Shown here piece by piece: positions 38,643 through 47,363 of a stretch of DNA of 64,000 nt. This DNA is from Candidatus Micrarchaeota archaeon (GTDB taxonomy: Archaea > Micrarchaeota > Micrarchaeia > Norongarragalinales > SBBD01). Position 1 is the stretch's first letter, and every line of letters starts with the position of its first letter. Position numbers and translations under genes: made by a program. The stretch spans positions 96,001 through 160,000 of the forward strand of contig JAHJQN010000008.1 in the NCBI GenBank assembly GCA_018819225.1, read 5' to 3'. The notes beneath the pieces were generated by a model. The model ran no database searches. It was given only the letters and a program-made list of their open reading frames with translations, and was not told the origin of the DNA.

Positions 38643-40640
38643 TTAATAAAACGAGCGACGAATTCGTTTTCTCTTTTCGAAGAAAAACCAAACCGAAGCC
38701 ACGGCAAGCGCCCCCGCAATCAACACCCACGTCAAGAAATTAAATTCCGCTTTCACCCGAGCACGATCCCGATGAACCTGTTCCGCCAACACATACCCCA
38801 AACTCCCATGTCGATCCGCTTCCGATTTTAACAACGGCGCTAATAACGGGCTTCCTCCAGGAGGACGCGGCGTCGGATTGCAGCTCCCAATGCAACAGAC
38901 CCCCGATTCACAGAAACCATCCGGCTCATCCCAACAAACGCGGTACTGACCGCAATCCGCAAGGCATTGACCCCCCAGATCGGTGCAGGGAATATCCGCT
39001 CCCCCACCCTCTTCAAACTCAAACGGGCCAATATCTATCTGCTCGCCCGGAAAATCGGTTCCAAAATCCGGATCCCCGCGATCGATTAACAAGGAATCGG
39101 GATGCAACGTGAGGTCCGCAAAATGGCTCATCCGAAACGGGTATTCACAATTCGAGTAAACAACGTCATACGCCCCGTTCGTTCCATAGTCGTCATCGAT
39201 CCACCCGCAGTGCGACTCAAAATTGGTCAAGGCCGTATAGATAGGCGGAAAATCGTTATCATCAGAACCCAAATTCCGGTATAAATCATCGGGAGCCGTC
39301 ATAAAGTTCGGATCCGCATACAAGGAATGAGGATCCTGCAGCAGCTGCGGATAATCGGACTGCGTTTGCCATGCGGCTAAGGAATAGAAAATATTGGGTC
39401 CGGGATCCGGATACACTTTCACCCTCCAGAAATAGGTGTCGCTTTCGACCTGCGGATACCCAAATACGGCGTTATAGTCCGAATTTACGGTTTCCATGAC
39501 GATTTTTCCAATTTCGTACCCCGTCGTAGAAGCTTTTCCTGAAATCCGGAGATTGTTACGGAGGAAAATAGTTTCAGCAGCTTCGTTGCAATCCGGTAAA
39601 ACATCCACACCTAACAGGTCGATCATTAAATTGTTATAGATATAGATGTCCCTGGCAACGTCCCGCGGACTTCCATCCACACAGTCCGGAACAACGTAGG
39701 TTGCTTGTTGGCGCATAGGACCAATGACATTGCGATTAATCGTGATGCCCTGAGCATTCGCCAGCGCACCAATATGTTCTTGACCAAAGAAATAGTAATT
39801 TTTTTCAATCAAGCCATCATGACCCGATGAAACCATGCGCACGTTCCTTCCCCCATAGAAAAAGCTATTTTTTATCTCGAAATCATGCGAATTACCACTC
39901 AGATAGAGGACCGCATTCGATAACGTGTCATGGAGATCGCAGTTTCCCCAACCCGGATAATCCGAATTGCTTATTCGGTTTCCAATCATATTGCGATCAA
40001 ACATCATTGTCCAAAACTCGACGTGATCTACGATAAAATTCGAGCTGCTTTGAAACATGGATTCGGAAACCGTATCGCCTCCCGTATTGCAATCTCCGTT
40101 GTGGTCGAAGCCCATTGTTTTTCGGGGCGAAACGTAGGAAAGAACGTGACGGAGTTCGACGCCCTCCGTGTCTATAAACTGTAAAGCAATTTTGCTGAAC
40201 CAAAATCCTTCCAAATGCCAATAATTTGCGCCATCGAATGTAATGTGTTTACTTTCTCCGTCGATACGTCCTCCCAACAATGGATCTTCAGGAGTAATCA
40301 CGAATACTTGGTAATCCCGGTAGCTATCAAAATCCCCATTCCCTTTTCCAATAATATCTTGGGCGTTTGAACGAGCGATCATTCGAATGGATTCCGAGCT
40401 GGTTCCCGATTGCGTCACCACCAAGTCCGTATCAAGACGATAGATACCGGGTTCAACGAAAACCGTATCGCCCGCCTGCGCGCGAGCAAACCCTTCTTGA
40501 ATAAGACACCAGGGAATCGTAGGACTTCCTGGCCCCCCATCAACACAATTCGGATTCTTAATATCAATGTAATATTGAGCGCCCGACACCCATGGAAAAA
40601 CCGATGAAAAAAGGATCGCAATCATTAGAAGAGATCGCAT
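38643..40640 (-). CDS. Surface beta-helix protein, paralog 3
   Basis: YYID..C.DGGPGS..PW, AGDTV, GQEHIG, DIGPFE; one Cys module; TM plus basic tail. Confidence 0.78.
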   Translation of the reverse strand: MRSLLMIAILFSSVFPWVSGAQYYIDIKNPNCVDGGPGSPTIPWCLIQEGFARAQAGDTVFVEPGIYRLDTDLVVTQSGTSSESIRMIARSNAQDIIGKGNGDFDSYRDYQVFVITPEDPLLGGRIDGESKHITFDGANYWHLEGFWFSKIALQFIDTEGVELRHVLSYVSPRKTMGFDHNGDCNTGGDTVSESMFQSSSNFIVDHVEFWTMMFDRNMIGNRISNSDYPGWGNCDLHDTLSNAVLYLSGNSHDFEIKNSFFYGGRNVRMVSSGHDGLIEKNYYFFGQEHIGALANAQGITINRNVIGPMRQQATYVVPDCVDGSPRDVARDIYIYNNLMIDLLGVDVLPDCNEAAETIFLRNNLRISGKASTTGYEIGKIVMETVNSDYNAVFGYPQVESDTYFWRVKVYPDPGPNIFYSLAAWQTQSDYPQLLQDPHSLYADPNFMTAPDDLYRNLGSDDNDFPPIYTALTNFESHCGWIDDDYGTNGAYDVVYSNCEYPFRMSHFADLTLHPDSLLIDRGDPDFGTDFPGEQIDIGPFEFEEGGGADIPCTDLGGQCLADCGQYRVCWDEPDGFCESGVCCIGSCNPTPRPPGGSPLLAPLLKSEADRHGSLGYVLAEQVHRDRARVKAEFNFLTWVLIAGALAVASVWFFFEKRKRIRRSFY

Positions 40641-40647
40641 TTTTCAA

Positions 40648-41124
40648 TCACTCGTTTACTTTCACATCAATGATGTCCGCAAGCGTCAAATCCGCCTTGC
40701 TCCGTTTGCGGGGTTTGAGCGTTGCGGATTGCTCCTCGGACTCATCCGATTTTGCTTTACGCGACACGTCTTCGATCAATTGAATTTGTAAAGCCTTCTC
40801 GAGTTTTTGCGCCAGTTTCACGTCCGGACGCATCCACTCGTGCTCCAAACGCTCCAACTCGTTTTCGCGGATAAACAGCTCGCGAGCCAGTTGCTGCCGC
40901 GTCTGACCGCGTTTATCTCGCGCGGCCTGAATTTTTTTCCCGTATCCATCCACCACATTCAACTCGCGCGCCGGGCGTTCCGGGCGATGCCGAGAAGTGA
41001 CCACGGGCTTCCGCTCGCGTTCAATAGGCTTCCCGTAATGCAGGCACCGCGGACAAAGAAATACGCGGGCGCCCTCCACCAAGGCTTCCCGTGACGCATC
41101 CGAACCGCAAACGTGGCACTCCAT
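40648..41124 (-). CDS. Archaeal multiprotein bridging factor aMBF1 (Zn ribbon + HTH)
   Basis: CHVCG..VEGA...CPRC; YGKKIQAARD HTH; LTLADI. Confidence 0.9.
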   Translation of the reverse strand: MECHVCGSDASREALVEGARVFLCPRCLHYGKPIERERKPVVTSRHRPERPARELNVVDGYGKKIQAARDKRGQTRQQLARELFIRENELERLEHEWMRPDVKLAQKLEKALQIQLIEDVSRKAKSDESEEQSATLKPRKRSKADLTLADIIDVKVNE

Positions 41125-41211
41125 CCGACATCCCCCCATGCCTCCAGTAGAAAACGTTTAAAGAATGCATTGCGCCCAAACTATTTAAATGGGATTCCAC
41201 GGGCGTAGATC

Positions 41212-42228
41212 ATGGGCGTACACATCGCAGACATACTGATAAAACACGAGCTCACTTTATCGGAAATTCAGGGAAAAGTAGCCGTCGACGCGTACAATAC
41301 GCTGTATCAATTTCTAAGCATTATCCGGCAAAAGGATGGCACGCCCCTCATGGACTCTCACGGACGCGTCACCTCCCACCTCTCCGGGCTATTTTATCGC
41401 ACGTGCAACCTGTTAGAAAAAGGCATTCGGCCCGTATTCGTATTCGATGGAAAGCCCTCCGACCTCAAGCGACACACCCTCGAATCCCGTGAAGAACGCA
41501 AGCAAACCGCGGAAAAAAAATTCGAGGAGGCGAAAAAAGCAGGACGAGAAGACGAGATGCGGTTGTACGCCCAACAAACCGTTCGCCTGCGAAAACACAT
41601 GGTCGAAGAAAGCAAACAATTATGCCGGTTAATGGGCATCCCCGTCGTTCAAGCGAAAAGCGAAGGCGAAGCTCAATGCGCGATCATGTGCCGAGAAGGC
41701 CTCGTGGACGCCACGGCATCCCAAGACTACGATTCGCTGCTGTTCGGATCCCCCGTCCTAATCAAAAACATCACTATCGCTGGAAGGCGAAAGCTTCCTC
41801 GAAGAAATAGGTATACCGAAATCGTGCCCGAACGCTTGGATCTCCAAGAAAACTTGAACGCGCTCGGAATTACGTACGAGAAATTGGTGTGGTTGGGCCT
41901 ATTGGCCGGAACGGATTTTGACCAGGGGATTAAAGGAATTGGAGCTAAAAAAGCGTTGAAGCTCGTCCGCGAACACGATTCGATGGACGCGATTCTCAAC
42001 AAACTAGGTGTGGAAATGGATTGGATGCCCGTTGAAGCGCTATTCAGAAATCCGCCCGCCACCCCCGTAACCAAAGACGAACTCAAACTGCTCGAACCCC
42101 ATCGAGAGAATATCATTTCCTTTATGATGGAACGCGATTTCTCGAAAGAACGCGTGCAATCCGCTCTCGCCAGGGCATTCAAAGAACCCACGGACACCAC
42201 GCAAAACAAGTTGTCGAAATGGCTCTAG
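41212..42228 (+). CDS. fen: Flap endonuclease-1
   Basis: MGV, AVDAYNTLYQFL, FVFDG, SEGEAQ, SQDYDSLLFG, C-terminal PIP box QNKLSKW. Confidence 0.97.
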   Translation: MGVHIADILIKHELTLSEIQGKVAVDAYNTLYQFLSIIRQKDGTPLMDSHGRVTSHLSGLFYRTCNLLEKGIRPVFVFDGKPSDLKRHTLESREERKQTAEKKFEEAKKAGREDEMRLYAQQTVRLRKHMVEESKQLCRLMGIPVVQAKSEGEAQCAIMCREGLVDATASQDYDSLLFGSPVLIKNITIAGRRKLPRRNRYTEIVPERLDLQENLNALGITYEKLVWLGLLAGTDFDQGIKGIGAKKALKLVREHDSMDAILNKLGVEMDWMPVEALFRNPPATPVTKDELKLLEPHRENIISFMMERDFSKERVQSALARAFKEPTDTTQNKLSKWL

Positions 42229-42365
42229 GCGACGAAACCGTTTTAAAGTGGTACGGGTATGTAAAGACTCGGGTTTATTGCTTTCGAGTGAAACGTCGGA
42301 GACGCTCAACGTATTTCCGATAAAAAAAAGGAATTAAACGAATCCAACATTCCAAGGTGGTTCGA

Positions 42366-42464
42366 GTGCAAAAAATGGCCTTGGTCATGAAAAGAAAGGA
42401 GGCCGCCGTCGTAGACGACGACGAAAATTGGGAAGAAGAATCCGCGGAACGCGAAGATGAATAA
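42366..42464 (+). CDS. Putative small acidic peptide (32 aa)
   Basis: AGGTGG RBS, GTG start, MQKMALVMKRKEAAVVDDDENWEEESAEREDE; sits in an otherwise empty intergenic gap. Confidence 0.45.
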   Translation: MQKMALVMKRKEAAVVDDDENWEEESAEREDE

Positions 42465-42513
42465 ACTCGTCTATTCCACGAGAATTCGCTTTATTTGCTC
42501 TTTTCGCTAGCGG

Positions 42514-43785
42514 TTAGTATATCACAAAATCCTGGCAAAACGCTTTCACTTCCTTGCGAACCCGTTCTCTCACCGATGCATCCGCAGGATGAGCCAGCGT
42601 ATCCGCCATCCACATGCCCACTTTTTCCATATCCGATTCCTTCATTCCCCGACTCGTCAGCGCCGGCGTTCCGATACGAATACCGGAAGGATCAAACGGC
42701 TTGCGGGGATCGAACGGAATCGTATTCTTATTGCAATACATGCCGACGTGCTCGAGAGCGCGTTCGGCTTCTCCGCCCGACAGATTCTTATTATTTAAAT
42801 CCACGAGCAACAAATGATTATCCGTTCCTCCCGTGACCAACGTAAAATCGTGATCCAATAGCGTGTGAGCCAGTGCCTTAGCGTTCTTCACGATTTGAGC
42901 CCCGTAGACTTTAAACTCAGGCTGCATCGCCTCCTTCAACGCCACCGCAATCGCGGCGGTTTGGTGATCATGCGGACCTCCCTGCAAACCCGGAAACACC
43001 GCGCGGTCAATGAGCGTCGGCAAATACTTCTTAGATTTTTCCGGAGGCTTTTTCAACGGTTCGGACGGTTCCCCGTTGCATAATATCATGGCTCCACGAG
43101 GACCGCGCAGCGTCTTATGCGTCGTGGTCATGACCACGTCCGCCACCCCGAAAGGAGAAGCGTGCACGCCCGCGACAATTAAACCCGTCACGTGCGAGAT
43201 ATCCGCCGCAAAATAAGCGCCGACGCTTTCCGCGATTTTCGCGAAACGCTTGAAATCAAACTCTCGCGGATACGCAGTAGCCCCACAATAAATGAGCCGG
43301 GGTTTCTCCTGATCCGCCAGCTCCGCAATCGCGTCATAATTCAAATACCCATCTTGACCCGTTGGATACTGTACGGCTCGGTAATACCGCGCGGAAAAAT
43401 TGACCTTCCAACCATGCGTCAGATGCCCCCCGTATAACAGGTGCATGCCCATCACGGTGTCACCGGGTTCCACGAGCGCAAAATAAATGGCTTGATTGGC
43501 CGGGCTGCCGGAATACGGTTGCACGTTGGCATGCGAGACCCCGAACAATTTTTTTGCGCGGTCGCGAGCCAAGTCCTCGACCCCGTCAACGAATTCGTTC
43601 CCCCCATAATATCGCTTGTGCGGATATCCTTCGGAATACTTGTTGGTCAAAATGGAGCCCATCGCCTCCATGACCGCCGGACTCGCGTAATTCTCGGAAG
43701 GAATGAGTTCTAACCCCTCCATTTGCCGTTGTTTCTCCCGTTTTATCAGTTCAGCAATCTGCGCATCGGCCTTTTCAATAAACAT
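42514..43785 (-). CDS. glyA: Serine hydroxymethyltransferase (bacterial-type)
   Basis: LELIPSEN, NKYSEGYP..RYYGG, GGHLTHG, TTTHKTLRGPRG, SGIRIGT. Confidence 0.97.
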   Translation of the reverse strand: MFIEKADAQIAELIKREKQRQMEGLELIPSENYASPAVMEAMGSILTNKYSEGYPHKRYYGGNEFVDGVEDLARDRAKKLFGVSHANVQPYSGSPANQAIYFALVEPGDTVMGMHLLYGGHLTHGWKVNFSARYYRAVQYPTGQDGYLNYDAIAELADQEKPRLIYCGATAYPREFDFKRFAKIAESVGAYFAADISHVTGLIVAGVHASPFGVADVVMTTTHKTLRGPRGAMILCNGEPSEPLKKPPEKSKKYLPTLIDRAVFPGLQGGPHDHQTAAIAVALKEAMQPEFKVYGAQIVKNAKALAHTLLDHDFTLVTGGTDNHLLLVDLNNKNLSGGEAERALEHVGMYCNKNTIPFDPRKPFDPSGIRIGTPALTSRGMKESDMEKVGMWMADTLAHPADASVRERVRKEVKAFCQDFVIY

Positions 43786-43841
43786 ACGCGATCCCCTCAA
43801 AATGACTTTAATGATATTAGTTGACTCAAACCATAAAATGA

Positions 43842-44849
43842 TTACGGAACCAGCCACATAATGCTTTGGATCGGGGACTGCACATGAATCAAGTCAAATT
43901 GGACGCTCAGGAAAATGATATAGAGTAACAATAACATGACTCCCTCGGTGCGCGTAATCACTTTCTTTCGAAACGCGAAGAAGAAAACGAGCAAGAATGC
44001 AAGCACCATGAACCCGTACCCTACAATGAAATGATCAAAAGTAAAGCTCAACGAACCGCCGATCACCGCCGCTAAACCCAGTACGAGCGTCAGTTCCGTG
44101 ATAAAACTGCCGATCAAATCCCCCCAAATCACTTCCTCCTCCCGAGCACTCAACGCACTCAAATCCAATACCAGTTCCGGAATCGCGATACCCAGTGAAA
44201 TGATCGTGAAACCCAACAGAATGGGATGAATGTTAAATGAGGCGGATATTTCCACGGCCGTATTGACAATGACATTGCTGGCTACCAGCGCAATGCCCAG
44301 AAATACCAACATTTCGAGAAGGAGCATCGTCTTGTTATGCTGTTTCGGCACCGACGGAAACATTTGATGCGTATGCTCCTCCTCCTTCGCCGCCACCGGG
44401 GCTTGCTCGCGCACGTGGAACAAATACATCAAGTACACGACCACGAGGATCAGGCCCTCCAACACGGTCAAACGATTATCCATCAACAAAAAGAAGGGGA
44501 TCGCGATCACGAAAAAGATCCAGCCAAAGTTTTCCAGAATGGATTGTTCCCGCACTTGAAACGCGCCCTTTCGAATCGTCACCACCGCCAATACCACACA
44601 CAACACGATAAGGTTCGCGCCGATTATGCTGGCGAGCAGTAAATCCACTTCCCCCGCTGAAGCCGCAATGCCGGAAACCATGAGATCCGGTAACGAAGTC
44701 CCTAAGCCTAACACCACGAAACTGAGAAGAAATTTAGGGACGCGCAACAACGAAGAAATCCCGGTAAGCAGTTTCACGATTCGGCTGCTGGAAAAACCGA
44801 GAACGACAAGCGTAATAACGAGTACGGTAAAACTGAACGCAATTCCCAT
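43842..44849 (-). CDS. Na+/Ca2+ antiporter (CaCA/YrbG family)
   Basis: Alpha repeats GTSLPD and GIAIPE; about 10 TM. Confidence 0.85.
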   Translation of the reverse strand: MGIAFSFTVLVITLVVLGFSSSRIVKLLTGISSLLRVPKFLLSFVVLGLGTSLPDLMVSGIAASAGEVDLLLASIIGANLIVLCVVLAVVTIRKGAFQVREQSILENFGWIFFVIAIPFFLLMDNRLTVLEGLILVVVYLMYLFHVREQAPVAAKEEEHTHQMFPSVPKQHNKTMLLLEMLVFLGIALVASNVIVNTAVEISASFNIHPILLGFTIISLGIAIPELVLDLSALSAREEEVIWGDLIGSFITELTLVLGLAAVIGGSLSFTFDHFIVGYGFMVLAFLLVFFFAFRKKVITRTEGVMLLLLYIIFLSVQFDLIHVQSPIQSIMWLVP

Positions 44850-44917
44850 GGACGTACGAACCCGTATACGTTTATATAACTTCGCGCGATTAACGCTAAA
44901 CAGACCGGGGGAAAACT

Positions 44918-45322
44918 ATGGCGGCGTTCAGCCTATTCGGAAAAAAAGCGATTTCCATGACCGGTGCCATGTACCGACTGGACTACGAAGTCCACCCCAT
45001 GAAGCTGCGCCCCCATCATGCCGATTACCTCAACTTGGAGATTGAAATTCAAAACGTGCTCGACAAGGAATTGCTAACCTCCATCGTCATCGTCATCCCC
45101 AAACAACTGGGGTTGGATCCCAGCGCATTATCCCACGAAAAAGAAATTCGGTTGGGGCTCGTGGCATCCCAAGAAACCAAGTTCCTGAAAATCCCGATTT
45201 ACACGACGCAACGCACGAAAAGCGGACGATATCCCGTGCACTTGTACGCGATCTCCCATTACCGGGATTACGGGTACGTGCTCAACGAGATGAAGCGGCA
45301 AATCGACATTCGGGTCGAATAA
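44918..45322 (+). CDS. Hypothetical protein (Ig-like beta sandwich)
   Basis: Alternating beta-strand pattern; GGGGA RBS. Confidence 0.55.
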   Translation: MAAFSLFGKKAISMTGAMYRLDYEVHPMKLRPHHADYLNLEIEIQNVLDKELLTSIVIVIPKQLGLDPSALSHEKEIRLGLVASQETKFLKIPIYTTQRTKSGRYPVHLYAISHYRDYGYVLNEMKRQIDIRVE

Positions 45323-45362
45323 CGCTCACGCTCACCCTATAAAAAAAAAGAGATGTACCGTA

Positions 45363-45686
45363 TTACTTCTTGTAGCGGTACGAGTACGGCATCGGCTTGT
45401 GGGGCGCTTTTTCAATGGATTCTTCTTCCTCCAACGGCTGCGCCGAACTCCCATCGGAAGAAACAATCACGATTTTATCCACGGCTTTAACACTCTTGAA
45501 GAGAATGGTTTTCTCTCGGAAAACGCGTTTCGCTTCCTCCTTGCTGCTCACGCGAATGGGTTCGAGCGTCAAACGCACGACTTCGCCTTTCTGCAAGTCC
45601 AGAATCACGTCAAAGACCTTGCCGACGAATTGCGCGTTATCCGTGTAAACATCCATGCCCATGATATTCGAGAGTTTTACTGCCAT
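45363..45686 (-). CDS. PRC-barrel domain protein
   Basis: LSNIMGMDVYTD..FVGKVFDVILD...VKAVDKIVIV. Confidence 0.88.
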   Translation of the reverse strand: MAVKLSNIMGMDVYTDNAQFVGKVFDVILDLQKGEVVRLTLEPIRVSSKEEAKRVFREKTILFKSVKAVDKIVIVSSDGSSAQPLEEEESIEKAPHKPMPYSYRYKK

Positions 45687-45768
45687 ACCGCATCACCCAA
45701 ATAAGTATTCCTGCATACCTTTTCCATCAAACGTTTTTAATTCTTTCCCCCTCTTGTTTTCCCGTCAA

Positions 45769-45866
45769 GCGGCTGTGGTCCAGTGGTAGGATCGGGGCTT
45801 CCCAAGCCTCGGGCCCGGGTTCGATACGCTTCAAACGAAAAAAGCGCGAAATTCCCGGCAGCCGCA
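45769..45866 (+). tRNA. tRNA-Gly(CCC) with a 27-nt intron (45826-45852) in the T-loop, position 59/60
   Basis: Acceptor GCGGCTG/CAGCCGC, anticodon arm GGGGC-TTCCCAA-GCCTC, bulge-helix-bulge in the T arm. Confidence 0.93.
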
Positions 45867-46013
45867 CGTCCTCCCTAATAAAGAGCGTATTGGACCATTC
45901 TCCAAATGTTTAATAACCACCCAATTCTAAACCATTCAGTCAGACACATGCCGAACGGGACGACACCCGAACGGTGACTTCCGTTCCACTATTAACAGGT
46001 TATTTTTTCTAAG

Positions 46014-47303
46014 ATGAAACTTGCAGAACTGCCCTTGAAGCCCCCGCTTCTCCGGGCGATAAACGAACTCGGCCTCGTGGACGCCACGGACATTCAAACC
46101 CAGTGCATTCCGGAAATCATGACCGGAAACGATTTGGTGGGCCACTCGCGCACGGGATCCGGTAAAACCGCTGCCTTCGGACTACCCATCCTCGATAAAA
46201 TTGAACCCGGAAAAGGCGTTCAAGCGCTCATTCTCACGCCCACCCGCGAGCTATGCGTCCAAGTCGCCGAATCCTTGAGCGATTACTCGAAGTTCATGCG
46301 AATCCGCATTGCCAGCGTGTACGGAGGCGTCAGCATCAACCCGCAAATCGATGCCGTCAAGCACGCCGACATCATCGTAGGAACCACGGGAAGAATCCTC
46401 GATCACATCGACCGACGAACCATTGATTTTCGAAATACTCGGTTCCTGGTTCTCGATGAAGCCGATCGCATGCTCGACATGGGATTCATTGAAGATGTTG
46501 AGGCGATCATGGGCGTGATTCCGAGCAAACGACAAACCCTACTCTTTAGCGCGACCATGCCAGGCAGCATCTACCACTTGATCAAAGAACATCTCCGATA
46601 TCCGGTCACGATCACGGGAGAAGTATACGTCGACAAACGCTTGTTGCGCCAAGTCTACTACGACGTCGAACCAGAAGAAAAGTTTTCACTCCTCGTCCAC
46701 TTACTCAAAAAACACTTGAAAGGATTGTCCCTCATTTTTTGTGCGACCCGACGCGAAGTCGATACGGTCACGCGAAACCTGAAAGAAAACGGTTTGAACA
46801 CGCTCGCCATTCACGGAGGACTCACGCAATCCAGACGCACGAATGCATTGAACGCGCTAAAAAAAGAACGTATAAGCATTCTCGTGGCAACTGACGTGGC
46901 CGCCAGAGGACTCGACATTCGATCCGTCTCCCACGTATACAATTACGATGTACCGGGTTCTCCGGAAGAATACTTGCATCGCGTGGGCCGAACCGCACGC
47001 GCCGGAGACGAAGGCGATGCAGTAACCCTCGTAACCTACCGCGACTTTCAGAATTTCAGGGCCGTCACAAGCGATCGCACCCTGGAAATCATCAAACTCG
47101 AAAAACCGCTTTTCGAACGCGTGCGCTTTCAACGACACTCCGGACAACGCGGAGGCGGACGACGACCCTTTTCAGGCAGGCCGCGACCGCATCACCGAGA
47201 CGGCGGATCCAACCACCGACCCGAACGCTGGGGAGGAGGCGGAAGACGATTCCACCCCCGTCAACAACAACCAAGCTACCGCGGACACGGAAGACGACGC
47301 TAA
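46014..47303 (+). CDS. DEAD-box RNA helicase with G/R-rich tail
   Basis: TGSGKT, PTREL, DEAD, SAT, ARGLD, HRVGRTAR. Confidence 0.97.
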   Translation: MKLAELPLKPPLLRAINELGLVDATDIQTQCIPEIMTGNDLVGHSRTGSGKTAAFGLPILDKIEPGKGVQALILTPTRELCVQVAESLSDYSKFMRIRIASVYGGVSINPQIDAVKHADIIVGTTGRILDHIDRRTIDFRNTRFLVLDEADRMLDMGFIEDVEAIMGVIPSKRQTLLFSATMPGSIYHLIKEHLRYPVTITGEVYVDKRLLRQVYYDVEPEEKFSLLVHLLKKHLKGLSLIFCATRREVDTVTRNLKENGLNTLAIHGGLTQSRRTNALNALKKERISILVATDVAARGLDIRSVSHVYNYDVPGSPEEYLHRVGRTARAGDEGDAVTLVTYRDFQNFRAVTSDRTLEIIKLEKPLFERVRFQRHSGQRGGGRRPFSGRPRPHHRDGGSNHRPERWGGGGRRFHPRQQQPSYRGHGRRR

Positions 47304-47363
47304 ACCACGCGGGTCTTGACAAAACCCTTATTAATCCAGAAAGCACTTAGGGAAGTGATTCGC

